32,000 nt of DNA from Candidatus Saccharimonadota bacterium. Lineage in GTDB: Bacteria; Patescibacteriota; Saccharimonadia; Saccharimonadales; Saccharimonadaceae. The notes under the pieces are model-generated. The model was not told the origin of the DNA. It made no database searches and saw nothing but the letters and a program-made list of their open reading frames with translations. Positions 6,258 through 14,648 of this stretch are shown one piece after another; position 1 is the stretch's first letter, and every line of letters begins with the position of its first letter. The translations under genes and the position numbers were made by a program. The DNA lies in contig JAIUPJ010000001.1 of NCBI GenBank assembly GCA_020160975.1, positions 570,001-602,000 on the forward strand, read 5' to 3'.

Positions 6258-6588
6258 TTGGAACTTGCCTATTGGGTTTGTGTAGCAGTCACGTTGATGA
6301 GCGCGGTGATGAGCTTTGGCTTTTCGCTAATTGCGGTGAGGTCGGCCAAGAGCGACGCCTTGGTCACCGCACTGTAGGCAGCTTCACGAAGTGGCGCTTG
6401 TTGTCGCGGCTGTTGTGCCTATTTTCTACCATTCGGTCGCGTGGCTGGCGTCAATTTCACTCAGTATGATCATTATCCAGGTCATCGATACATTCATCGG
6501 AATGAAGACAAAAGACGGAGTAAAGACGTACGGACCTGCACTGACGGCAGCGCTCAATGTGGCGGTACTTATTTGCTTGGCGAATTAA
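6258..6588 (+). pseudogene. small membrane protein gene, apparently frameshifted (DUF4267-like is a weak guess)
   Basis: TTG at 6258, 7 nt after TATAAT, opens a hydrophobic 39-codon frame (LELAYWVCVAVTLMSAVMSFGFSLIAV...) that ends at TAG 6375-6377. The hydrophobic C-terminal part (ORF 6391..6588, ...IIIQVIDTFIGMKTKDGVKTYGPALTAALNVAVLICLAN) is in the +1 frame, which is open from 6340. Confidence 0.4.
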
Positions 6589-7184
6589 TTCAGTTTCGCG
6601 GCTCGAGCGATCGTCGTGAGAGCGCTTAAGGCACTACTTTCGTCAAATGTTGTCGCATCCTTTGGCTGGCTGATGACAAATAGGTAAACCTTTGTATCTT
6701 TGACGGCCGTAATTGTATATTCCATAGTGCCGGTTAGGGTGTCGCCTGAGGTGAATTTCGCGCGGTCGCCGACTCCACTGACATCACTACCAGAAGTAGC
6801 AGTAATATCGGCTACGTTATCAAATGATTCTTGGGAATAATCGGCTAGGTCGGTGTAGAAACTATTTGATTGACTGCCGCCTTCGCTAAATGGATAGACG
6901 CAGGTCTGACCCTTGTCGCCATCGCCAAGACTTGTCACGCCAGTGTTGTTTGGCCCGCTAAGTGTGTCAGCTGCAGCCCCGAGAGCAGACTTGATCGTCG
7001 TCATGTCGACGACTTTGCAGAGACCGAGATCTTCTTCATCTTTTTGTTCGATTGTTTTGCTGTTGGTAGTAGCCGTGGTTTGTTTGTCAGATGATTTATC
7101 TTTGTTCATGCCCGTAAAAAGCAGCACTCCAGCGACTACAAATACTACGACACCTATGATAGTGATAGTTACTTTTTTATCCAT
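6585..7184 (-). CDS. N-terminally anchored secreted/surface protein, unknown function
   Basis: 199 aa. The N-terminal TM helix is ITIIGVVVFVVAGVLLFTG, followed by a low-complexity S/T/K linker and a globular domain with two Cys. SD GAGGAGG lies upstream. Confidence 0.7.
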   Translation of the reverse strand: MDKKVTITIIGVVVFVVAGVLLFTGMNKDKSSDKQTTATTNSKTIEQKDEEDLGLCKVVDMTTIKSALGAAADTLSGPNNTGVTSLGDGDKGQTCVYPFSEGGSQSNSFYTDLADYSQESFDNVADITATSGSDVSGVGDRAKFTSGDTLTGTMEYTITAVKDTKVYLFVISQPKDATTFDESSALSALTTIARAAKLN

Positions 7185-7253
7185 GACAACCTCCTCAAAT
7201 TGATGATTCGATTATAGTCTCATGCTACACTAAGTGCAATATAAGGAGGTTTT

Positions 7254-7790
7254 GTGGAAAATCATTCGAATGTCTCTAGAACTAACAAATCGATATCGAA
7301 ACAGACAGTGGCGCTAGTGATCGTAGCATTACTGGGCTTGGTCGGATCAGGTGTGTTTGGTTATCTTTGGTTCACACAGAAAAGTCAGGTCAATGAACAG
7401 CACAAACGCGTAGCGAGTGCCGACTCAGAAGTGGCGTCTCTGAAAAAACAACTTCAGGACACTCAAGCAAAGGATAGTGAAAAACCCGAGACCATTACCG
7501 ACACTGCGGCTGCCTCGGCGGTTACTTCAAGCGAGAATGACAGTGTCACCGCGATGGTTCAAGCGTATGCGCATTTGCCAAAGGGCGCTGAAACTTCCAA
7601 GCTGGATATAAAAGTGACAAAACAAGAGATTCCGTTTGCTCGTGCGACAGTCATGACGGAAGATGGTGGATATGCCTGCGTACTGAAAAAATCTGATACC
7701 CTATGGGTTGTTTTGTACTGTGGTCAGGACACGCCGCTCCAAGACCAGCTAGATATCTGGGGTGTTCCACCTTCGATGATAACGAGTTAG
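7254..7790 (+). CDS. N-terminally anchored hypothetical protein
   Basis: 178 aa with a GTG start 5 nt after AAGGAGG. It has a TM helix (VALVIVALLGLVGSGVFGYLWF), a coiled-coil-like segment and a C-terminal domain. Confidence 0.7.
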   Translation: MENHSNVSRTNKSISKQTVALVIVALLGLVGSGVFGYLWFTQKSQVNEQHKRVASADSEVASLKKQLQDTQAKDSEKPETITDTAAASAVTSSENDSVTAMVQAYAHLPKGAETSKLDIKVTKQEIPFARATVMTEDGGYACVLKKSDTLWVVLYCGQDTPLQDQLDIWGVPPSMITS

Positions 7791-7807
7791 CCGTGATAGG
7801 GAGGCAA

Positions 7808-8533
7808 ATGACACGGGGTACAAATACGACCAAATTAAAATATTTTGGTGTACTGATGTGCTGTTTGCTTTGCATGGGCGTTTGCGGGTACGTTTACCAC
7901 GATACGATTGGTATGGGTGCGATCAGTGCAAGAACGAGCATAGAAAATCGTAGCAAACCGAAATTTGTATTTGACACGACTATATTTCCAGATTGGGCAA
8001 CCGCCGGTAATGTGTATACAAACCCTGATGATAGTACCGACGACTTTCAAGGGAACAAAGATGATTTACCAATTTCTGGCATAATCGTGAGCCAATGTAA
8101 GGCGGGAAGTAACTGTAATACGTTGATAGACAAGTGCAAGCCACAAGATAATGGCGTCAGTAAAGACTGTAGGCAGCTAGCGGAGTACACGACAGACAGC
8201 CATTGTTTTGTATCACTTTTTTATAACGAGAGAAAAGTTGACCCCGAACAAGAAGTTGCGAGGTATATTGCGCATAACGAGAGTTTTGGTAGCATGACTA
8301 TTACAGAGGCTGGAGTAAGAAACTTGACGATGGATACACCAGATGGTATGAAGGAATACAGACTTCATTATTATGACTACGAAAGCAAGCTGGGCAGCAC
8401 AATAAAACGCGGCAATGCGATAGGCTACGTTACGCTTACAAACGGGCATGTAGACGTACGAAGCGTTTGCGACCAAGCAAGCCAACTAGGGGAAACAGTT
8501 CCAATACTGTCTCGTATTCAGTTAACACCGTAA
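7808..8533 (+). CDS. N-terminally anchored Cys-rich hypothetical protein
   Basis: The ORF track starts at 7703, overlapping the upstream gene. I prefer the ATG at 7808 (MTRGTNTTKLKYFGVLMCCLLCMGVCG...), which is preceded by GGGAGG. Confidence 0.65.
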   Translation: MTRGTNTTKLKYFGVLMCCLLCMGVCGYVYHDTIGMGAISARTSIENRSKPKFVFDTTIFPDWATAGNVYTNPDDSTDDFQGNKDDLPISGIIVSQCKAGSNCNTLIDKCKPQDNGVSKDCRQLAEYTTDSHCFVSLFYNERKVDPEQEVARYIAHNESFGSMTITEAGVRNLTMDTPDGMKEYRLHYYDYESKLGSTIKRGNAIGYVTLTNGHVDVRSVCDQASQLGETVPILSRIQLTP

Positions 8534-8601
8534 CGAAAAGCATGGACTTTACCTCTTTAGCTTGGCGAATAGGCTGATGGTTGACTGATACAATGGTAGG
8601 T

Positions 8602-9132
8602 ATGAGATATGTAGTATTGCTTCGCGGCATAAATGTTGGAGGAAATAATACCGTTAGTATGAGCGAGCTAAAGCGAATACTTTCGGAGGCGGGTTTCGAT
8701 GAGGTCGTAAGCTATATTAATTCTGGAAATATACTGCTGACTAGTGATCTCCCAGCTGAGGTTGTCAATGCACGGGTCGAAGAAACTATCAAAAGTAGCT
8801 TTGAACTAGACATTCCGGCTATCACGATAGCAAAGTCTGATTTCTTGCAAATTGCCGAGCAGTTACCAGCTAATTGGAAAAATGACAACGAAATGAGATG
8901 TGATTGTCTATTTCTATGGTCGGATGTCGACGCGCCAGAGGTGGTTGATACGTTGACGATAAGACCCGATATTGATCGTGTAAAATATGTTCCCGGCGCC
9001 CTATTTTGGTCAATTGACAGAAAAAATGTAACTCGAAGCGGTCTCGCAAAGATTATCGGTACGCCTACGTATAAACGAGCAACCATCCGTAATTGCAATA
9101 CAGTGCGAAAACTAGCCGCTCTGCTGGGATAG
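8602..9132 (+). CDS. DUF1697 domain-containing protein (intact paralog)
   Basis: MRYVVLLRGINVGGNNTVSMSELKRILSEAGFDEVVSYINSGNILL... is the canonical DUF1697 N-terminus. The ATG at 8602 lies 7 nt after TGATACAAT. The ORF track's TTG at 8581 is less likely. Confidence 0.85.
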   Translation: MRYVVLLRGINVGGNNTVSMSELKRILSEAGFDEVVSYINSGNILLTSDLPAEVVNARVEETIKSSFELDIPAITIAKSDFLQIAEQLPANWKNDNEMRCDCLFLWSDVDAPEVVDTLTIRPDIDRVKYVPGALFWSIDRKNVTRSGLAKIIGTPTYKRATIRNCNTVRKLAALLG

Positions 9133-9235
9133 CCTATTTCTCCCTGATCATCGTATAGCGCAAAGCTGGAACTCTCTGACAGTTTTTGTGATGAGGTATA
9201 ATAGATGAAGTACATGTGTGCAGAAGGGAGTAGTC

Positions 9236-9892
9236 ATGAATGTAAACAATGACTTACAAGATCCGAGAAAGCAACATAAAAAGGGTAAAATTCCTAGGCA
9301 GACGCAGGAGGAGCCCGGTCTTGAAACACAACTAACGCCTCGAGCAGATCATGGTGAGGGCGAGTACCGCGCGAGCAACCGTCTTGTAGGCAGAAAAGCG
9401 CTCATAACAGGAGGTGATAGTGGCATTGGTCGAGCCGTAGCAATCGCGTATGCACTCGAAGGAGCAGATGTGGTGATAGCGTATCTACCCAAAGAACAAT
9501 CGGATGCCGATGCTGTCATAAAGGAAATTAGAGCAGCTGGGAGGAAGGTCGTTGCGATTCCAGGAGATCTTACTGAAGAAAAGTATGTTAGGGATTTGGT
9601 GAAACAAGCGGCAAAAGGGCTAGGTGGTTTGGACATCGTGGTAAATAACGCTGGCAAACAGATATATAACGACGACTTGTCAACGATGCCAACGAGTCAG
9701 CTGGTGGATACCTTTACGGTTAATGTATTTGCCATGTTCTGGATTGTTCAAGAGGCGCTGCGTTATCTGAAGGCTGGCTCGACTATTATCAATACCACCT
9801 CTATACAAGCGACCCAGCCTTCGCCTGGTTTGTTGGATTACGCTGCAACCAAGGGGGCAATTACCAATTTTACGAAAGGGCTTGCTCGATGA
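9236..9892 (+). CDS. SDR family oxidoreductase (YhdF/general-stress-protein-39-like), C-terminally truncated, probable pseudogene
   Basis: It has TGGDSGIGRA (NAD-binding), NNAG and YAATK (catalytic YxxxK). The ORF ends at ...TKGLAR*, where family members continue for about 60-70 more residues (the ...GIRVN.VAPGPIWTPL... region). ATG at 9236 follows GGGAG. Confidence 0.75.
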   Translation: MNVNNDLQDPRKQHKKGKIPRQTQEEPGLETQLTPRADHGEGEYRASNRLVGRKALITGGDSGIGRAVAIAYALEGADVVIAYLPKEQSDADAVIKEIRAAGRKVVAIPGDLTEEKYVRDLVKQAAKGLGGLDIVVNNAGKQIYNDDLSTMPTSQLVDTFTVNVFAMFWIVQEALRYLKAGSTIINTTSIQATQPSPGLLDYAATKGAITNFTKGLAR

Positions 9893-10065
9893 CTGAGGTC
9901 AACACGACATCTGAACTTGCCAGGATAATGTGATTTTCTGGGTTGAGCTCAAAGCTAGTAGGAGGAGTCTCGAAAACGTGAGTTGACATCAATAACGGGA
10001 TAGCCAACACTGCAATTGCAGAGACGGACTGGGTGTTAGGCGAAGTAATGGTTGGCTTAAACATA

Positions 10066-10476
10066 TTACAGTACGAGATCTTCCGGCGCATCCTTGATTT
10101 CAAGATATTTGGTGTGGATGACTTTGTTATTAATCAGTAGATCGAATCGGTATTTTCCTAGCATGTCTATTGGCAAAAAGCTCGCCTCGACGTTAAGTGT
10201 TGCGCCCTCGAATTTTGTCTCGGGAACAGTAAAATCTTGCACAAGAGATTTTGTAACAACTTTTTTAGCTGGATTGGTAATCTTGAGCTCAAACTTGAGC
10301 TTGTCGTTTGGCTTTGCTCCGGGCAAGCCGACTTTTATTGCCACGAAGAGGGCTTTGACGACGGTCGGAAGGCTTAGTACGTACACTTCATCGTATACGT
10401 TAGCAAAAGTAAATCGGCCGCGCTCACCTACAATCACATTTTCACAGAACAAAAAATAGTCAACAACTGGGTTCAT
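10066..10476 (-). CDS. hypothetical protein, predicted all-beta (DUF6941-like is a weak guess)
   Basis: 136-aa ORF. TAGAAT plus 6 nt precedes the ATG on the minus strand. I have no confident family assignment. Confidence 0.6.
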   Translation of the reverse strand: MNPVVDYFLFCENVIVGERGRFTFANVYDEVYVLSLPTVVKALFVAIKVGLPGAKPNDKLKFELKITNPAKKVVTKSLVQDFTVPETKFEGATLNVEASFLPIDMLGKYRFDLLINNKVIHTKYLEIKDAPEDLVL

Positions 10477-10631
10477 ACTACAATTCTATTCTACTATTGG
10501 TCATTTGCATACTATAGGTATATTGTACCATCATGAGGTGGATTTGACTAGAGGGCAAACGGACTGTAATGGAAGAAACGACAGGTAATCTCGTACTGCA
10601 GTTAGCTGTGTGACAGACAGGGGGAGTAGTT

Positions 10632-11054
10632 CTATCGTTGCTCGAATTCTACCGTCCACTCAATTCCGTACTTGTCGCGGAACATGCTAAAGTGCGTGCC
10701 CCACGGACTGTCGCTCATGGGCATTTCCACTTCACCGCCTGCGCTGAGGCCAGCAAAGATACGATCGGCTTCTTCGCGGCTATCGACGCTGACGGCGATC
10801 TTCGATCGATTTTCACTCTCACTCACCGGCCCCATACTCTTGGGAACATCATTGGCGATCAACATAGTTCCGCCAATCGGTAGTGTGATGCGCAGTATAC
10901 TATCGGCCTCTTCTTCTGGCACGATGAATTCGGGACTTTCTAGATCTTTAAATCGTACGATTGTACCGAACTCACCACCAAAAACGGATTTGTAAAAGGT
11001 AAATGCTTCTTCGGCATTGCCATTGAAGTTGATGTAGGGATTGATTGTGGCCAT
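10632..11054 (-). CDS. VOC family protein, PhnB-like
   Basis: 140 aa with SD AAGGAGG upstream. The N-terminus INPYINFNGNAEEAFTFYKSVFGGEF is typical of PhnB/3-demethylubiquinone-methyltransferase-domain VOC proteins. Confidence 0.85.
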   Translation of the reverse strand: MATINPYINFNGNAEEAFTFYKSVFGGEFGTIVRFKDLESPEFIVPEEEADSILRITLPIGGTMLIANDVPKSMGPVSESENRSKIAVSVDSREEADRIFAGLSAGGEVEMPMSDSPWGTHFSMFRDKYGIEWTVEFEQR

Positions 11055-11229
11055 GATGCTGTCCTCCTTGATGGGTGCTATGTGTCCTTATCTTAGCAAA
11101 CATGCAGCACCGGGAGGAGCGGAGTACCATGCGTACAAGACTACTAGTGGTTCGGCACTACGGTCACCTAAAAGGTGTGGCCATAGTATTAACGGTTAAG
11201 CACCTATCGTGTAATAGGTAGTAGACTTA

Positions 11230-12528
11230 CTACAAATCTTGGGTGAGCGGCACAGGAATGATGTCTTTTATGGGCTTACCGGTCAAGATGCTAGTTGTTC
11301 GGTCGAGCCCAATCCCGATGCCGTACATGGGCGGAAGGCCCATCTCACATGCCTTGATAAGTCGTTCGTCGTTTGCAAAGGCGTCATCGGCTGACTCGCC
11401 AGACTGTCGCGCCAGTTTGTGTTTGAGCGCTGCTGGGTCAACCTCTTCTTGGTACGCCTTTGCGACTTCGGCTCCATTTATAATGACTTGAAATGCATCA
11501 GCGAGCCGAGGGTCGGTGCGCAATGTCGCGGCAAGGGGCATCTGGTCGACAAGGTACCCTGTTACGACGGTGGGTGATGTAATCTCTGGGCGAACGTATT
11601 TCTTCACCAATGAGTCCATGATGCCGCTCTTTCCTTTTGACGCAGCATCATCATCAAGGCCGAGCAATGTTGCGTAAGCTCGTAGCCCCTCGGTATCATC
11701 GTTTTCGAAAAAGGACAAAAGCTTAGCAAAGTCGATGTTTTGCTCAGCGAATAGCTCATCAAGTGATTTTTGTGGTAGACCATCAAATGAGACATCGGAT
11801 CCGGTCGCCTCGCTTACCTTTGAGAGCATAGATTCGGTCAGTGCGATTGCCTCATCGCCATCTTGGTAGGCGGTATATGTTTCGAGATTAGTAAACTCAG
11901 GATGATGACTTGGGCCTGTTCCTTCATTACGAAAGTTCCGACCAATTTCATAGACTCTCTCAATTCCAGATAGGGCCATAACTAATTTCAGATCAACCTC
12001 GGGGGCGATACGCAAGTGACGCTCTCGGCCGTCAAAATTTGTCATGGCTGAGAACGTTCTCGCTGCTGCTCCAGAGGGCCTTTCTTGGAGAATACTGGTG
12101 TCAACATGGAGGTAGCCTTTATTGTTGAGAAGTTCTCGAAGTGAGGACTGCATGTCGTGCCGAAGCCGCAAGATCCGGATATATTCAGATTGTGAGTGAT
12201 GTCGTTCGCTCGTGTCGGCACCAGGCCATCGGGGCCGTTGAGATTCTGCCACGATTTCCGGAACTTGATGGGCAAATAAGGAAATCTGGCCTAATCCTCG
12301 ACGACGGCTTAAGTCTGTTTCACCTAATTCACCCTGCGCACGGACAATGTCCCCAAGATGAGGAAGTGCAGTTTCGAGAGGTACGTCTGTCATAACTATC
12401 TGCGTAGGCGCCTCTCCTGGCAGACCAACATCAAGAAATGTAGCACGTTTGCTGACGCGCACCGCTTGGACTTGTCCGTGCACCTCATCTAATCTTTGCA
12501 CCTCATCTAATCTTTCATTAGGACTCAT
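11230..12528 (-). CDS. class IIb aminoacyl-tRNA synthetase, lysyl-tRNA synthetase-like (short, divergent)
   Basis: 432 aa. It has an OB-like N-terminus (VHGQVQAVRVSKRATFLDV), motif 2 (YEIGRNFRNEGTGPSHHPEFTNLETY) and motif 3 (GIGIGLDRTTSILTG). It has its own TGATATAAT plus 6 nt plus ATG in the 27-nt gap to the upstream gene. Confidence 0.85.
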   Translation of the reverse strand: MSPNERLDEVQRLDEVHGQVQAVRVSKRATFLDVGLPGEAPTQIVMTDVPLETALPHLGDIVRAQGELGETDLSRRRGLGQISLFAHQVPEIVAESQRPRWPGADTSERHHSQSEYIRILRLRHDMQSSLRELLNNKGYLHVDTSILQERPSGAAARTFSAMTNFDGRERHLRIAPEVDLKLVMALSGIERVYEIGRNFRNEGTGPSHHPEFTNLETYTAYQDGDEAIALTESMLSKVSEATGSDVSFDGLPQKSLDELFAEQNIDFAKLLSFFENDDTEGLRAYATLLGLDDDAASKGKSGIMDSLVKKYVRPEITSPTVVTGYLVDQMPLAATLRTDPRLADAFQVIINGAEVAKAYQEEVDPAALKHKLARQSGESADDAFANDERLIKACEMGLPPMYGIGIGLDRTTSILTGKPIKDIIPVPLTQDL

Positions 12529-12555
12529 AAATAGATTATATCATACTAAAAGATT

Positions 12556-13398
12556 TTAGTCAACTAAGGAGTCAATAACGGCTAACGTATCTCCGACCGG
12601 CCCGTATTCGGCATGAGGGAGGTGAGTAGTGGTAGTCTTGAAGCCATGCAATGTGCCGGCACTGTAGTCAGCGCCGGGAAGCTCTACTTTGAGCATATCG
12701 ACATGCCTGTCGAGCCCATCAAACAGAGGATCCAAAAATGTAGGCGAGTATGTGATCGGGACAATGTCCATGTCTTCTGGATCAACTGGAGCAATGAGCG
12801 TGAAGCGAGGATTAGTTGATAAATTGAAAAAGTAGCGCCAGATTTTTCTTCTACGTCCTTCGTCATCGGTCCGCATACCTTCGAAAGAGTCAAGATGGAT
12901 GCCGTTCGCAGTTGTTACGGGATGTTTCTTCGCAGAAATCTTGTCATGGTTAAAGGGAGGAGGAGCAATTCTGCGACCATCCGCGACCAAAAGTGTATTT
13001 AAACGGTTCAGGATAGTAGTAACAGGCCCCGTGGGTGCATCGGCTATATGGAAACCGCCATTGTTATAGTCATTTACATTATGCCCTGCTGACCATATTT
13101 CGTAGCAATCGGCACGCAGATGGTGCAGCGCGTACTCTGCAAGACGTACTTGCCTTTGGAACTGCTTGGCGTTATCGATAGGTAATACGAAAGCCTCCAC
13201 GAGCACCTCCTCCTGATTGGTGAGGACGGGGCCTGGACTGAAGGGTGTATCGAAAATACTAACTGTAAGAGGGCTAACACTAGTGTCTTCTTGATCTGTG
13301 ACAATCTGGGTTTCTGATAATCTATTTGGTGCAACATGGTTTCCCAATACACCTACTAATTTATCATGTCTTTGTTCCGCGAGTCGTTTAATTTTCAT
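12556..13398 (-). CDS. hypothetical protein; possible non-heme Fe(II)/2-oxoglutarate oxygenase-like (KdoO-like) fold
   Basis: 280 aa with strong SD AAAGGAGAG. The ATG overlaps the upstream stop (ATGA). GIHLDSFEG...RRRKIWRYFFNLSTNPRF resembles the HxD strand and following R-rich segment of the Kdo hydroxylase family, and there are later His candidates in LHGFKTTTTHLPH. This rests on motif-level resemblance only. Confidence 0.75.
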   Translation of the reverse strand: MKIKRLAEQRHDKLVGVLGNHVAPNRLSETQIVTDQEDTSVSPLTVSIFDTPFSPGPVLTNQEEVLVEAFVLPIDNAKQFQRQVRLAEYALHHLRADCYEIWSAGHNVNDYNNGGFHIADAPTGPVTTILNRLNTLLVADGRRIAPPPFNHDKISAKKHPVTTANGIHLDSFEGMRTDDEGRRRKIWRYFFNLSTNPRFTLIAPVDPEDMDIVPITYSPTFLDPLFDGLDRHVDMLKVELPGADYSAGTLHGFKTTTTHLPHAEYGPVGDTLAVIDSLVD

Positions 13399-14648
13399 GC
13401 TTCTCTCCTTTCAAATAAATGTTTAAAGTAGCTGAAATTGCCCATGTTTCCTACATGCTGCTGCACTGAAGCTGTCGCTAGCGCTTGGTCAAGTCTCCGA
13501 CGTACGGTTGGGTCGATGAGACTTTTTTGGGCGAGTTCTTTGGTCTGAGGGGTAAGTTCGACAATACCACTGACGAGTATGCTTGCATCAATTCCTGGCT
13601 CCTCTGTGCCTTGAAAGACCTCTGATATTCGGGGCAAGTATTCTTGCTGACTGAGCCCGCCTGCTGCAGCAATGCCTGAGCGCAAACACAAGCATGCGTA
13701 AGCGAGTGTAAGGTCGGGATATAGGCGACGATCTCGAAGTGCTTCGGAAAGCGCATGGGTACTCAGCTCTGTGACCACTGCTCCATCGCTTTTCGTGACA
13801 AGGTGATTACCATCAGCCTCCACGGGAATCAATCGGCCTTTGCGGTTCACGGCGTAGAAGAAATCAGTAGTATTCCTCAGAGTGAGATTGCGTGGATGGG
13901 ACACAGCATCGTGCTTTGCTTGCTTTAGTTCTGCAAGGCGCTCAGGGTCGGTAAGCTCATCGCCTAGTTCTGTTTTCTCAATAGCACTTGCCACTACATC
14001 GGCCGTTAGCTCCTCGTCATACAATATAAGCGGAGTGTCGTGAGGCCAAAGCTCTAGGTTCATTCTGCGGATTGCTTGAGAGCCAGATGCAAATGAGGTG
14101 CCAACAAATTCCTCAAGTCTCTTAATAGGGAGGAGACCACCTCCATTTATTGACGCAAGACTCACGTCAATATCGTGCAGTGTCGCAGGTGTCGAGTGTT
14201 TTAGTATATTTTGCGATGAGTTAAATACCTGGTACACTTCATTGTCCCATGTCGCAAAAGCAGGCCCTCGTTTTTCAGATGCGTGGGTAATGCAACTAAT
14301 AGTCGAGCACTGCTGAGAAATAACCACTCCTGACCCCTTATAAAGTTGTCCAATTCTCATGACAGTGTTATTCAGATAGACTTCTGGGTCAGTGAGTAGG
14401 TGGCTTCCATCTGCCATTTGTAGAATGGGGAGTCTGGGAAATGCCGTCGTAACGAGTGCCCTTTCGTCTCGGCTCGTCCTCTGGCGCATCGCATCGATGA
14501 CAATCTGGAAATAGACGTTGCTGTCATCGGCAGGGTTAATTGCTGAGATCTCTTGTGTCAGAAATTCTCCTAGCGGTTTATGCCAATTTGCTGCTAGCTT
14601 ACGGCCGGCGAACGTTTCATTAATCACTTTCTTTTCAAAGTCATTCAC
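13395..14648 (-). CDS. hypothetical protein (about 417 aa), no recognisable family
   Basis: The ORF track starts at 14747, a 103-nt overlap with the upstream gene. I prefer the GTG at 14648, which overlaps the upstream TGA (GTGA) and has AGGAA upstream. The protein has no TM segment and is soluble-looking. Confidence 0.75.
   Translation of the reverse strand: MNDFEKKVINETFAGRKLAANWHKPLGEFLTQEISAINPADDSNVYFQIVIDAMRQRTSRDERALVTTAFPRLPILQMADGSHLLTDPEVYLNNTVMRIGQLYKGSGVVISQQCSTISCITHASEKRGPAFATWDNEVYQVFNSSQNILKHSTPATLHDIDVSLASINGGGLLPIKRLEEFVGTSFASGSQAIRRMNLELWPHDTPLILYDEELTADVVASAIEKTELGDELTDPERLAELKQAKHDAVSHPRNLTLRNTTDFFYAVNRKGRLIPVEADGNHLVTKSDGAVVTELSTHALSEALRDRRLYPDLTLAYACLCLRSGIAAAGGLSQQEYLPRISEVFQGTEEPGIDASILVSGIVELTPQTKELAQKSLIDPTVRRRLDQALATASVQQHVGNMGNFSYFKHLFERREA

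Noticed and set aside
6215-6629. ORFs 6215..6469 and 6441..6629 (+)
   Set aside because: They start inside junction module H or overlap the hydrophobic frames of the frameshifted membrane gene and the convergent 6585-7184 gene. Their translations are Arg/Cys-rich and not protein-like.
9870-10103. 64-77-aa minus-strand ORF downstream of the 10066-10476 gene
   Set aside because: It could be a real small gene, since an ATG at 10064 lies 1 nt after the upstream stop. But its 3' end is antisense to the SDR gene, it has no recognisable features, and it lies in a rearranged segment. I mention it only in the SDR finding.
11120-11180. tRNA-like T-loop (TAGTG-GTTCGG-CACTA) in the gap between the LysRS-like and PhnB-like genes
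   Set aside because: The loop is 6 nt rather than 7. No complementary acceptor stem, D-arm or anticodon arm can be drawn on either strand at tRNA distances. I therefore call no tRNA.
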